A DNA stretch of 63,953 nt, counting the filler, from Aduncisulcus paluster (Eukaryota): assembly GCA_024181965.1 (NCBI GenBank). It is 20 parts of 20 records of this genome, joined end to end, with 100 filler letters (N's around TTAATTAATTAA, not from the genome) between each part and the next. Parts side by side here need not be neighbours in the genome. Positions count along the whole stretch, not along the records: positions 12,667 to 16,401 come from BQXS01010207.1; positions 16,502 to 18,547 come from BQXS01010208.1; positions 18,648 to 26,332 come from BQXS01010209.1; 17 more parts are not named here. One strand, 5' to 3'. Positions 12,667-26,432 of this stretch are shown here, in pieces; positions within the stretch are counted from its first letter, which is position 1, and the number at the start of each line of letters is the position of its first letter. The notes under the pieces are model-generated. The model was not told the origin of the DNA, made no database searches, and worked only from the letters and a program-made list of their open reading frames with translations. A program made the translations under genes and the position numbers.

Positions 12667-15600
12667 CCTTATCTCCACTTTTGCTGACATTGATCATAGG
12701 ATTCGTACTCATGGTCATAGTGAAATCAACAAGGGTCTTGAACGCCTTCTAACGTGTACTCAGTGCTACTTAGTAGGACTTAAAAGGAAGCGTGGCAGGA
12801 AAGGAAAAGGAAATGGTAAATACCGTAAGAGTGAAAAGTTTATTGAACATGGACGTATTGCAAAGGGTGTCCAAATTGCTCTACAGAAATCTCTTCCTGT
12901 GGATGCAAACACTGCCTCGGCAGCCATTGGTGTACAACATCCAGATCTTCCTTCTGGAGTTGCTCCCTTTGTGCACATCCCAAGTGATACTCCCCCCATC
13001 ATTATTACTGCCTCTGACATCATCGAATCAGCAAAAAAGCAAGCCTCTTTATCGCATGGTGGTCTGTCGGGCATCCCTTCCGATGTCTGGCGCTCTGTCC
13101 TTATGGACAAAGCATCTGCAGAGACTTTTGCCTTTATGTCTACGTACTTTGTATCCAATCCCTCTGTCCTCCCCAACTTCCTCTCGAGTAAGGTCTTTGT
13201 CCTGCGTAAACCTCGTTCAACGGACATGCTTTCGACTCAAAGTTACAGGACAATTGCTATGGCTGAACTCCCTCTCAGGATTCTCCATCGTGCCATCCTA
13301 GCCAAAATTGGTGCACCTTGCCACCCCTGTCAATATGGTGATGGTGTTCCAGATGGTGCTCTCAAAGCTGCTTATCATGTTTTATTATGTATCGCCTTGT
13401 GTGATCAAACACAAAAACCAATTCGAATTCTACAAATTGACTCATCTAATGCCTTCAACACTCTCTCAAAAAACTCTATTATGGAGAGCCTTCGTCGTAA
13501 AAATGTCAACTCGACTCTCCAGAACTATATCTCCTTCTTTCTCTCCAACCAGCCTCGTTACGTGGCTAATAAGGACGGCTCTCTCACTCACATTGTATCT
13601 CCTCGTGGTGCACTTCAAGGAGACTGTCTTTCTATGAAACTATATAACGTGTCTGTGGATGATATTATTCAGGAAGTCTGTCGTCACTTCGACTCCATAT
13701 CTGTTGAAATTGATGGTCACACTCTCACTCTCACTCCTGTAGTCTTCTACGCTGATGATATGACACTCATGACTCAATTTGATAACATTACTGAAATTCT
13801 CGACTTCGTTCGTTCTCGTCTGCGTGCTCGCCTCCTCGACGTCAAACCCTCCAAGTGCCTCTTCTTCTCGAATCGTGAAGACGATTCCACTCCTATGATT
13901 GATGACACTCCGATTACGCGAGTAGATTCTCTCTACTTCCTTGGATACCTCTTGTCAAGAGGCTCTTGACTCGTGAAAAGGAGCCCCTGAACACTGTGGA
14001 TGACAAAGTACACAAGGTGATCGACGACTTAAAAACTCTCAGTGGTCGCATCTCCCCCCATCATATTTTCCGTGCTCTTCGCTCGGTACTTCTCCCTCGT
14101 CTTACTCACCTCCTACGTGCTCAGTAATGGATGCCTGACCGCATGGAGGCTTTGGACAAGGAATTGTGTGCTACTATTCGTAATACGTTATCTATTGATG
14201 AGTCTATCGACGATTCTATTCTTTCTTTACCCCCAGACATGGGTGGTCTTGGTCTCCCTCTTCTTCAGCCTACTCGTCCCTCGTTGATGAGTGGTGCTGC
14301 CTCCGTCCTCCTTCATTCTGATACGTTGAGAAACCCTCCTCGTCTGCGTGCTCGCCTCCTCGACGTCAAACCCTCCAAGTGCCTCTTCTTCTCGAATCGT
14401 GAAGACGATTCCACTCCTATGATTGATGACACTCCGATTACGCGAGTAGATTCTCTCTACTTCCTTGGATACCTCTTGACTCGTGAAAAGGAGCCCCTGA
14501 ACACTGTGGATGACAAAGTACACAAGGTGATCGACGACTTAAAAACTCTCAGTGGTCGCATCTCCCCCCATCATATTTTCCGTGCTCTTCGCTCGGTACT
14601 TCTCCCTCGTCTTACTCACCTCCTACGTGCTCAGTAATGGATGCCTGACCGCATGGAGGCTTTGGACAAGGAATTGTGTGCTACTATTCGTAATACGTTA
14701 TCTATTGATGAGTCTATCGACGATTCTATTCTTTCTTTACCCCCAGACATGGGTGGTCTTGGTCTCCCTCTTCTTCAGCCTACTCGTCCCTCGTTGATGA
14801 GTGGTGCTGCCTCCGTCCTCCTTCATTCTGATACGTTGAGAAACCCTCTTCTTTCCCTCATCTATCACAATGATAACTGTGGTCCTGCCATCATCCCTCT
14901 TCTTCAAGAAATTCACGATGCTTGTATCGCCCTTTTTAAGGTCGCTGATAATACCCCTCTCCAAGCTAGTGACACTCTTGTTTCATCTGGTAGTGGATTC
15001 ACAGTCTCATCTCCCGAACATAAAAGTTGGATTAAATTCCAGCTTCGTCATTGGGCGGATTCATGTCTGACTTCTCAGTCTGAGATCAAACCCCCGTCTA
15101 CCCCCATTGCCCCTGATGCTCCCCCTCCTCTTGGTGACTCCCCAGTGGATGATCCAGGTATACCTGTCTCCTCTCAACCTCCACCTCAGTCTTCCGCACC
15201 CCAGGTCAATCAAACCTCTCCTGGACCCGTGGACTCTGCCACTCACTTATCTCCTGCTGAAGAAGAAATTCTTGATTTTCTCGAGTGGGCTGAGGAACAA
15301 GAGGCTGACGACACAACTGGTTATACCCCTTGCCCGACCTTTGAAAATCCTCTGAGTTCTGTATTTACTAAACCTGGTGTCAAAAAATACAAACATCAGC
15401 TCCATGAAGCTTCCTTCAACTCTCTTGTTCTATCTTTGAGGAACACGATAGTTGAGGCTCACGATGCTGACATCCTTATTGACCCTGAACACATTGATCA
15501 GGACACAGACGATCTTCTTAGAACTCGTGCTCAAGGTACTAGAGCATCTCTTCAACTTCTTTCTCTTATTGCTGCTTCCGACCCCTCCAACATCTTTTCC

Positions 15601-16302
15601 TCTCTCCTCAAAACTGTCTTTGGACGCCTCTTGAATGCTCCATCCTTTAGGATGCTGCTTGCTGATAGCTATGGATACTTGTGTCCTGGCATCAGTGTAA
15701 CCGAGAAGTGCCCACACTGTGATTCCCAACTTGACTTCGTTTCTTCCACCAATCACTCTAAGGTGTGTCGTCGTATTCGCCCAAACATTACAGGCAGACA
15801 TGACGACATAAGGTCGCTATCTGCTGCCTGGTTAGAGGAAGTCTTGGGTCTTCCTATTACTCAAGAAGACACTCACCTCCTCCGACATCTAAACACTCGA
15901 ACTCTGAGAGCCGACATTGTTGCTCATGCATTTGGCACAAGTGACTGGTCTCGGAATCTTGTATTTGATGCTCAAATCACTGAGGTTATCTCGACGAAAA
16001 TTATCCTGGACTTCACACGGAGGATCGCTGCAACTGGAAACTCTGTGACTGGTATTGTCGAGCTTGGAAGAGAAATTATTCATGCCTGTCTTGCGAGGAA
16101 GGAGTCAAATAAGCGTAGTGAATACACGCCTAATCCTCCTCCTGGTAGTGAGATTGACCCTCGCTACTCGTTCGACTTCTATCCCATGATATTTTCTTCA
16201 ACAGGTATTGTTGGTGAATCATTCCAAGAATTTCTTGCCTTGGTTCTGTATGACGTTAGCAATTTATTGAATAAATGTGATCGGAGTGGGTCAGTTCTAT
16301 AA
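12667..16302 (+). mobile_element. Non-LTR retrotransposon with RT and C-terminal restriction-like endonuclease (R2 group, CRE-like); disrupted copy
   Basis: RT motifs YRTIAM, QIDSSNAFNTL, GALQGDCLS, YADD and FLGY; LPPDMGGLGL; CPHC..H..C zinc knuckle; RHD; RADIV..FDAQIT..K; FYPMIFSSTG. Disrupted by a 14-nt insertion, a tandem duplication and an in-frame TAA (14635). Confidence 0.9.
13815..14848 (+). repeat. ~510-bp tandem duplication inside the non-LTR element
   Basis: 13815-14338 matches 14339-14848 except for a 14-nt insertion in copy 1; identical ORFs appear at offset 510. Confidence 0.9.
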
Positions 16303-16501
16303 ATAGATCATTGAGAACTTCACACTTCCCCCCTAGAACTGGACTACTCGCTCAATCCTTCTTTTAATCAAACCTTATCCGTAGGTATAATACAATTCCT
16401 CNNNNNNNNNNNNNNNNNNNNNNNNNNNNNNNNNNNNNNNNNNNNTTAATTAATTAANNNNNNNNNNNNNNNNNNNNNNNNNNNNNNNNNNNNNNNNNNN
16501 N

Positions 16502-18547
16502 CTTGCATACAAAACTAGCAAACCACTATCAATGGAACCATAATCGTTCGTACGACTCACTGCCTTTGCTAAGATCTGAACAACCAGTTTATCATACTCG
16601 GCGTTAGAATTGGTATCTTCACTCAAGTCATATCCATCAATATTGAGATATATTAAAGAGGTGGCATACTCAAGACCTTGGAGTGTCGTAATCTCGTTCA
16701 CATCAGAAATATTAGAGCTATACGTGACAATGTCAGATAACTTGAGGATGACACTGGTAAGAGAACTTCTCAGGGTAGCAACATTGATGATACCATTACT
16801 TTCAATGTCATCGGACGTCAAAAATCCATTGTCTGCATCAGAGAGGTATGCTCGTATTTCATCGTCATGAACAGTGTAGCACTCACCATTATCACCTTCC
16901 TTGGCTATGAATGCACACTCTTTAGAATCAACTCCATCAAGACTGTTGTACACCTCATTCAGGACAATGGAAGGACATTGGTCGTATGTATCGGGGTCAC
17001 AGTAATAAGGAGTGTTTCCAGGATCATCATTGAGGGGACAGATATTAGGCAGATAATACTTATCCTTATAAGTCGTGGTTGTATTGTGGATAGGAAAGAT
17101 AGAAGAAATGAAAGACATATAATCATCATCTGACTCTGAACGACAGAGAGGTATTCCTGATATAGAATCAGCTGTATTTGCAATCATATTTCCAACCATT
17201 GAAATATTTCTAAACAATACAGAAATATCAAAGATATCACCATAGAATGATAACGATTGTAATCTATTTAATTTCAAGAGAGAATTAATATTCTCAATAT
17301 AAGGATCATAAGAGTCATTGGTAAAAGAAACAAGTTGAATAAGACTAGATAAGGACTCATCAACGGAAATTTCAGACAAATTAAACATTATGTATTCCAC
17401 ATTAATCAAATATTCTAACCCAACTAAACTTGAGAAGGAGCAAGCATATGCTGAATAAGATCCTAATGTAGCCATTTCAAACTCAGAAATGTCACACACG
17501 GTACCTTCGGCATAGTCAGCAGCTTCACAGACGGAGGTTCTGAAATTATCATCGGGAATATAAAGTTGGAATTCATAGGAATCACAGTCATCTCCATACC
17601 AACCAGTTCGACACCCACATGTGATGGAAGAATTGCCTTCCTCAAGAACAGGCATCATAGTGGAATGACCCTCACACACTTGACAACGAATGGCATCATC
17701 AACGGCGCTAGAGGAAGACACACACGTTGCACTGGCTGTATCGTACACATACCCACTAGCACACGCAGCAACACAGGAACCACTCGCTTTGTCAAGATAG
17801 TACCCATGCCAGCACTCAACAGCCCAGCGACCAGGATACACTTCACGACACACTTGGTGATCAGCGGAGGACACAGACGCAGAACAATGGCAGGTCTGGT
17901 CAGAATATGTCACAGACGAGAGGGCAGTGAATTTGGCTTGTAACTCACTCACCATACCATCAATGTCACAGATGTTGTTGCCACTGATATCAAGAGTAGT
18001 GAGAGTATCAGCAGGGAAGATATCTTCAGTGATGAGCACAGACACATCAGAGATGGCATTGTCAGAGATATCAAGGGTGGTCAACTTGAAGGGTTGTGTG
18101 GCTGCATCTTCAGAAACAATTGGAGTTAGGTCCAATATATCACTGACTTCAGTTAATCCACAACCACTCACAGATAGAGAAGTAAGGCCTGAATCAACAG
18201 TTCCTTCAGTAACGGTATAATCCACTGCTTTTGCTAAGATCTGAACAACCAACTGGTCGTACTCAGCATTAGAATTACTATCTCCACTCAAGTCATATCC
18301 ATCAAGGGTCAAAGAGGTCAGTGAAGTAGCATACTCAAGACCTTGAAGTGTGGTGAGCTCTGTAACATCAGAGATGTTTGAGCTATAGGAAACAATATCA
18401 GAGAGGTCGAGAGAGGAACAGGTAAGAGAACTCCTCAAGGTAGCAACACTGATGATACCATTGCTTTCAGCGGCACCAACAGTCAAACATCCATTGGTTG
18501 ATTCAGAGAGGTATGCTCGTATTTCATCGTCATGAACAGTGTAGCAC
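16502..18547 (-). CDS. Modular LRR + Cys-rich surface protein, internal fragment
   Basis: Open frame with TTLQGLEYATSL, PFKLTTLDISDN, HQVCREVYPGRWAVECWHGYYLD and IPDDNFR. Same module as 8034-10790. Confidence 0.85.
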
Positions 18548-18647
18548 NNNNNNNNNNNNNNNNNNNNNNNNNNNNNNNNNNNNNNNNNNNNTTAATTAAT
18601 TAANNNNNNNNNNNNNNNNNNNNNNNNNNNNNNNNNNNNNNNNNNNN

Positions 18648-21600
18648 ATCTGCGAGTGGCTGTGGATTGAGTGATATCAGTGATGTGCTTGACTTGACCC
18701 CTCCAATTCCTACAACATATGTCCTTGATGGCATCACCGTTTCAACTCCACCATTTAAACTAACAAATTTGATTCTCTCCAACAATAACATCTCTGATGT
18801 ATCTCTTATTATGACATCTGGATTATTCCCAGCTCTTGATGTGCTCGATATCAGTGACAATTCTATTTGTGACATTGATGGGATGATATATATGTTGGGA
18901 AATTATTATGGGACAATAGATTTGATGCCATATAACCAAACATGCCATTGTTCTGCATCCGTGTCTTCTGCAGCTCACCAAGTGTGTCGTGAAGTGTATC
19001 CCGATCGTTGGGCTGTCGAGTGCTGGAATGGGTACTATCTTGACAAAGCCAGCGGAGAGTGTCTTGAGGTATGTGCGAGTGGGTCTGAGCTTGATACTTC
19101 CAGTGGAACCCCACCATATACATGCATAACAGCTGCTTCAGATGTTGATGATTCCATTCGTGTCCAAGTATGTGAAAGACATTCTAATATGAAACCTGTT
19201 CTTGAAGTTGGCGATTCATCCATCACATGTGGTTGTCGATCTGCTTGGTATGGCGATGATTGTGACCAATTGTATCAAGTATACATTCCAGATGAAGATA
19301 TGAGGAAATCTCTATGTTACACATATTATCCTGCTATATATAATTACACGAATTGTGACATTTCAGAATTAGAGATTGCAAAAATCCCTGAATTTTCTTT
19401 AATTTATGTGGCTGCTAATTCTTCAAATACTCCAAAAGTTACCACCATGGAAGGTCTTGAAAGTGCCATTCAAATTTCCTCGCTGAATATCAATTGCAAT
19501 TATGTTTCCGGATATCCTGCTGTTCTTGTAGATCCAGACTATCATAATCAGCTTGAGAATCTTTATATTTCAAGTTCAAACGTGACATCGCTTCTCACAA
19601 TGAAAGTTCTAAATTTAGAACTCTCCAATTTTTCGCAATTGAAAATTGTGGATTTAAGTGGAAATCCTCAAATTAATGATATTTCTGTGTTTTATAGGAA
19701 TATTGGAATGGAACAACTAATATTAAATGGAACTGTACCACTGTGCCATTCTGAAGATCAATCTACTTATTTAGATTTTATTCAGAATGTTTTCCCCCTT
19801 CACGATGCTATTTCGACATCCGAGTCTGATCTTTTGGTGAAATATTACAATAATAGCTGTAACATTAATAATACCTCGCCTGCTCCTGACACACAACGTT
19901 GTTCTTCTAACGTTGATTGCCCCTCTATTGTTGCCAATGAGATTTATGTTGTCAATAGTGAAGGGGTTGGGTCAAAGGAATGTGCATATATTGCATTCGA
20001 ATATTCAGATGCTGGTTTAACGTNNNNNNNNNNNNNNNNNNNNTACCACTGTGCCATTCTGAAGATCAATCTACTTATTTAGATTTTATTCAGAATGTTT
20101 TCCCCCTTCACGATGCTATTTCGACATCCGAGTCTGATCTTTTGGTGAAATATTACAATAATAGCTGTAACATTAATAATACCTCGCCTGCTCCTGACAC
20201 ACAACGTTGTTCTTCTAACGTTGATTGCCCCTCTATTGTTGCCAATGAGATTTATGTTGTCAATAGTGAAGGGGTTGGGTCAAAGGAATGTGCATATATT
20301 GCATTCGAATATTCAGATGCTGGTTTAACGTATTGCTACACCGTGCATGATTCAAATGTTCGTTCTCAATTGAATCAGAGTCTCGGAACGGGAGATACTT
20401 CAGCATTAATTAGTGTGGCTACCTTACGATCATCGGCACTGTCTGGTTTTGATGTCAGTTCCCTTGGTTCTGTGACATCACTCCGAGGTTTGGAGTTTGT
20501 GAGCTCTCTGACTGAGCTTATTGTTGATGGTTATGATTTGAGTATAAATCCCGAAGATCGAGAAGTCGTAAAACTTTTGGCAAAACATTATTCAAATCCT
20601 CCAGCTTTTGAGTCGGGTCTTGAATTGTTATCATCTATAGATTGTGGAATTGAAAGAATTGAAGATATTTTTGACATTTCTACTGCATATAATCTTCAAT
20701 CATCTGCAGATGGATTTAGATTTACAAGCCTTAATTTGAGTTATAATGATGACCTTACTGATATCTCAATTTTCACGATTCCTGGTTTGTTTTCCTCGTT
20801 GACTTCTTTGACAATAACGAATTGCTCAATTTGTGATTCAGATTCAGAATATCAGATAAGCACAATTCTTCCTTCTGCTTCTGTAAACTTTTCTTCTTCA
20901 CTTTCATGTCCGTGTGGCGTTAATGCAGTTAGTTTTCAAGACCACCAAACATGCAGATATAAACTTGGTGGTACGCAATATCCACAAGTTGAGTGTTGGT
21001 ATGGATATTACTTTAATAGACTTAATGGAAAATGTACCAAAGCTTGTATTATTGGGTATATGGCCGATATTAATAATATTTGTGTGCTCTTTGGTGGGTC
21101 TACTGCCGATAACATCCTGCGAACACGTGTTTGTGAAAGAAGGAACACACTTCAAATGGCAATTCTTGAAGAAAATGCAACTGGAGTGACATGTGGATGT
21201 AAAAATCCTCAATATATTGGTGATATGTGTAATTATGTGTACATTCCTGATGATAATCTCCGCGCAGCTGTGTGTGAAGCTCTTCATCGTCCTAGCTATT
21301 GCAATGATCTTTTAGCTAATGACATGGAAAGAGTTACATCATTGACTGTTGACAACGTTGCCACGTTTTATGGATTATCCTTTGCTTCCAACCTTGAATC
21401 ACTTAGTGTGACTCGCACTGATGCTAGTTTGTCAGTATCAATGAGTGATGTTGAAATTGGTTATATTCCTACATCGAACCTTGTTGAACTGACCTTAAAT
21501 AACATGAATGTACCTGTAAATACTTCATTTGCTGCATTTTCAGTATTGGAAAAACTGACATTACAATATAATATATCTTATAACGTTAGTTCTAGTGGTA

Positions 21601-24600
21601 CTTTCCATTCCTCTTTGAAGTATCTTGATGTCACTGGCTGTACTGGAATTATCTACGGTAATTTTTTTACTTCATATAATGTGCTATCTGATACGGTTTC
21701 ATTAAATTCTATTGAGATTCTGGTATTGGATAACACTAATTTGACTGACTTTGCTGGTTTTTCTCAATGGATAACTACGCATCTTTCAATAACCTATACA
21801 GGAATTACGTCTATTTCCCCACTATTCAATCAATACTCCGCCCCTCTCGGATACAATAATTCAACTCTCACTCATCTAAATATAGATGGATTGGATAGTT
21901 CGGTCTTATCTGATGTCAAATATTTCCCCAACCTTGAGTATCTGAGTGCAAGGAATATGAATCCAAAAATTACAGATTCGGATCTTCTGAACATTGCTTC
22001 ATGTAGTAATTTAACAACGTTATACTTATCAGACAACTTAATTGCTGATGTATCTCCATTGTACCATTTGGGCTCTTCTCTAGTTACACTTGATATTAGC
22101 CATAATTCTATATGTTTGGGATTCTCTGGTTTGGAGACACTATATACAAAGTTTCAACTTGCCAATGATAAAGTTTACCCTCCAACAATCTTAGCTTACT
22201 CACAGGACACTTCTTCTTGTGACTTCTGTTCGTCCTCTGAGACTGCTGGAGATCCCGTTATTCATTGTTCGGATCCTTATTCTATATCCCTTGACTCCAA
22301 CAAGATCTGCCGTAAAGTGTGGGAGTGGACGGAACTTGTTGATGATGGTGCTGGAGGCATGACTCTGACTTATCACGAACAATGGAGTGTGGAGTGTAAT
22401 CTGTATAGTTACAAAGCAGGAGATGGCTCATGTGTGTCATATTCCGATTATTCATCGATTCCGAGTTTTGTTGAGGAATCGTGTTTCACCGCATCATATG
22501 ATTCAAGTGGAGATTATATGCATTCTGAATGTATCGTTGAGTCTGGCAACAGTGTTACATCATGTATTGATGATTGGTATATGGATGGTAGTGATAATTG
22601 TACACTGAAATGCCCATACTCGAGCGTTGAAAACGGCGTGTGTAACGACGAAATTAATACTGGAACTGGAACTGCATGCAATGAGGCAACACATACATGT
22701 GCATGTTTTGATGATAATTTTGGCGATCTTTGTCAGTATGTCACTCTTGATTCTGCTCTTCAGCAATATATTTGTGATTATTCTGTGACCAATGTTCTTG
22801 GTAATCCGACCAATGGAGTGACTTGCAATGCGGATGGATATATTACTGTTTCTGAACTTGGGAAATTAACAGGGGAGCTTGATTTATCCGGATTAACAGA
22901 CATGTCATCGATCATTGGTATGAATTATATTACTGATGGTGTCACAAAGCTTATTTTACCGAAGAATAGGACCACACGAATTGATTGTGATTTTACTAGA
23001 TTTGCAAACATGACAAGTTTGCTATATCTTGATGTTAGTGAATGCGACATGTCCACTGAAGCCAGTGTTTTGTCTCTTTCGTCTTTAAATTCCCTTCAAA
23101 TAGAGACACTGATCATGAATAATGTTAACATTTCGGCAAGTTATATTCCAGATTTCTCAGGAATTGCATCACTGAAATATTTGAAGATTCAGAGCAACCT
23201 AAATTATGACGCATCAAGTTCTGCAGATTTTCCAAATTCATCTTCTTCATTTATTTCTCTTGATATCTCGGGATCGAAAAACTTTGATATCGCAAATGTT
23301 CCATCTCATATTCACGAATTATATGCCAATAATTGTGAATTAAATCCAAATCAGTCATTTTCACATTTAACCAATCTCCAAGTGCTTTCGATTAAGAATA
23401 ATGCGCAGTTTGATATCATAAATCTTGTTGATCTTACAAATCTCAAGTCATTAAATGTTTCCTACTGTAATATCTCAGATCCTTCCCCATTGTATGCTTT
23501 ATCAAACAATGGATCCTGGAACAGCATTGACTTGTCATATAATCATATCTGTGGTGGTGATAATGGTGATTCTGCGATTGAAACTTTCCTTGCATCTAAG
23601 TTTTCTCTTTCTACTGCAGATGTGAATGCTAGTGGTCAAGCCTGTGAATGTTCCTCTGATGACCTTGGATCGACTCCACTTGATGACAACAAGGTCTGTA
23701 GTGAAACCAAACCTGGGGTATCCAATACATGGTATGTTGTGTGTGCTAGTGATTCGTACACGTCATACACATCTGCTGAGGACTTTACATGCATGCAAAC
23801 AACATCCCCAACCACGAACTGTTCTGGAGGATGTGAGTATGGATATGAGTGTAGATATCTTGGTGATGAAGTGATTGGTGGTGTTACCTATACAACAGGA
23901 GAGTGTCAGCAAGTGATTGTCGATCCATATTTACATGATTGTGTTGCTGATATGTTTGTTGATGTTGATGGTACCACACCCAACTATTTACACCGAACAG
24001 ATGATACCGTTTCTCTATTCAGCGTTGCTTCCCTAAAAACCCTTGTGTCTGAAGAAATTAGTGGTGGTGAATATTTCCCTATTGTATCATACAATGACAC
24101 CCTAGATAAAATATCAAATCTTGCCGGTTTAGAACATTTGGGAGGAATCAAATATATAGAATTCAAAGGATCTTTCGCACCTAATATTGCTCATGTTGAA
24201 TCTCTTTCTACATTAACAAATTTGGTATATTTATACTTGACAGATAACCTAGATTTATCACTTATGCCTGATCTTTCAAGTCTGTCTTTTCTCGAAACTC
24301 TCTCTCTTGAAAACACATCCGTGACATTTCCATCAGATCGATATGTCTTACCATCCTCGATTAAAACATTGTCAATAACCAAAACAAACATCGATACCGC
24401 TGGTTTTGACCGAAATATTTCATTTGAGGATCATTTATCAAATCTTGAGAGACTCTCCATTGGTTCAACTGGTGGTTTGCTTACTTCGATTAACTCTCTC
24501 ACTTCGAACCAAAAGGGTCATATCACAAAGTTGAAGATTTCTAATACTACTATCTGTGACAATTATAGTGATACCATTTCCGAAATGACGAATTTAAATT

Positions 24601-26332
24601 CCATACTCCTTAATGATTGTGGACTAACAGTAATTCCAGATCTTTCAAACAGTGCATCGACTTTGACGGTTCTCAACATTAGCTTGAATCCGCTCTTAGT
24701 TTCACTCTCTCCAGTTGCAACAGCTGGTCTCTCTAATCTGACAACCTTTGAGGCTGAGTATTGTCGTATCTCAGATCCCTCTCCGTTGTATGATGTAACC
24801 AATACTACCAATAATTATATTGTTGATTTGTCATATAATTATATCTGTGGGAGTATTGATCAATCCAAATTCAATTCCCTTCCTTATAATTTGGATGTGA
24901 CTAATCAGTATTCCTGTGGATGTACTTCAGATACGCCTTCTCTATCAGACAACATGGTCTGTGCTGAGACTAAACCTGGGTCTGGTTCATGGTATGTTGT
25001 GTGTGCCAGTGATTCATACACGTCATACACATCTGCTGAGGATTTTACATGCATACAAACAACATCCCAAACCACGAACTGTTCTGGAGGATGTGAGTAT
25101 GGATATGAGTGTAGATATCTTGGTGATGAAGTGATTGATGGTGTTACATATTCTACTGGAGAGTGTCAGCAAGTGATAGTTGATAATAACTTGCATGATT
25201 ATGTAGCTGATTTATTTAATGATTATGATGGAACTGCAAACTATATCCATCGAACAGCCGACACTCCTTCCCTTTTCAGTGTTGCTTCTCTAAAAACTCT
25301 GGTTTCTGTGGCTATTAACAATCAATATTATCCTCAGATTCAATATAATGATTCATCTCTTCCTATCGATGATTTATCAGGTATTGAGCACCTTGGTGGG
25401 ATTAAATTGATTGGTTTCTCCAGTGTTTTTTCTGCTGATTCGGATGATATTCATCTTGATTTATTATCAACTCTCACGAATTTAGTACAATTAAATTTAA
25501 GTAGGAATTCAAGTCTTTCTTATTTGCCCAACATCACTTCATTAACATCTTTGGAGGTTTTGGGAATTTTGAAAACCTCAATAATTCTTCCTTCTGAGGA
25601 ATATATCCTCCCCACATCACTCAAAGGCTTTTATTGTAACTTTTCAAATGTGAATAACGAGGGGTTTGCTAAGAATGTCGGTGATGGATATCTTCCTGAT
25701 ATTGAACAACTTGTTATTGGAGGAGACAACAATTTACTCACATCAATTGATTCATTGACAACAAGTCAAAAGGAAAATATGAAAAATTTCTCGTGGAGAA
25801 GTTCTCCAATTGATACATTTGAGAATTATCCTGACATTCTTGCTGAAATGCCAAATCTAGAATCCCTTTCATTGTTCGATTGTAATTTACAAACAATTCC
25901 AGACCTCTCAATTCAAGCAGAAACTTTGACCATTCTTAATATCAGCTTAAATCCTCTTCTTGCATCCCTTACTCCTATTGTCTCTTCTGATCTTACAAAT
26001 TTAACCTATCTCTATGCAAGTGGATGTGCCATTTCTGATCCTTCCCCATTGTTTGCTTTGTCCAGCAATACTTCTTGGAGTTATATTTACTTGGCCAATA
26101 ATTATATCTGTGGAGATGATCTTCAGACAATTTTTGAGGATATCTTTAGTTCTTCTCCTGACTTGAACATAAATGTTTCCAATCAAACCTGCGGATGTTC
26201 AGACTCGGATCCCATTCCTAGTCTGTCTGATAACAAGGTCTGTGCTGAGACCAAACCTGGGTCTGGTTCATGGTATGTTGTATGTGCCAGTGATTCGTAC
26301 ACGTCATACACATCTGCTGAGGACTTTACATG
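18648..26332 (+). CDS. Very large (>2400 aa fragment) modular LRR + Cys-rich surface protein
   Basis: ORFs 18667 and 19980 join after collapsing the duplication at N-gap 20024-20043. It has many LRRs and two types of Cys-rich module; the second type (NKVCAETKPG..WYVVCASDSYTSYTSAEDFTC) recurs about every 1260 bp. Confidence 0.88.
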
Positions 26333-26432
26333 NNNNNNNNNNNNNNNNNNNNNNNNNNNNNNNNNNNNNNNNNNNNTTAATTAATTAANNNNNNNNNNNN
26401 NNNNNNNNNNNNNNNNNNNNNNNNNNNNNNNN

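Noticed and set aside
14635..14637. In-frame TAA in the retrotransposon as evidence of TAR=Gln recoding (as in hexamitid diplomonads)
   Set aside because: Conserved genes here end at TAA exactly where expected (OCD, cathepsin), and long ORFs contain no internal TAR.
8034..18547. RT next to variable LRR genes as a DGR-like diversifying system
   Set aside because: They are on different contigs separated by linkers, the RT is an ordinary non-LTR type, and no template/variable repeat pair with adenine-specific differences is seen.
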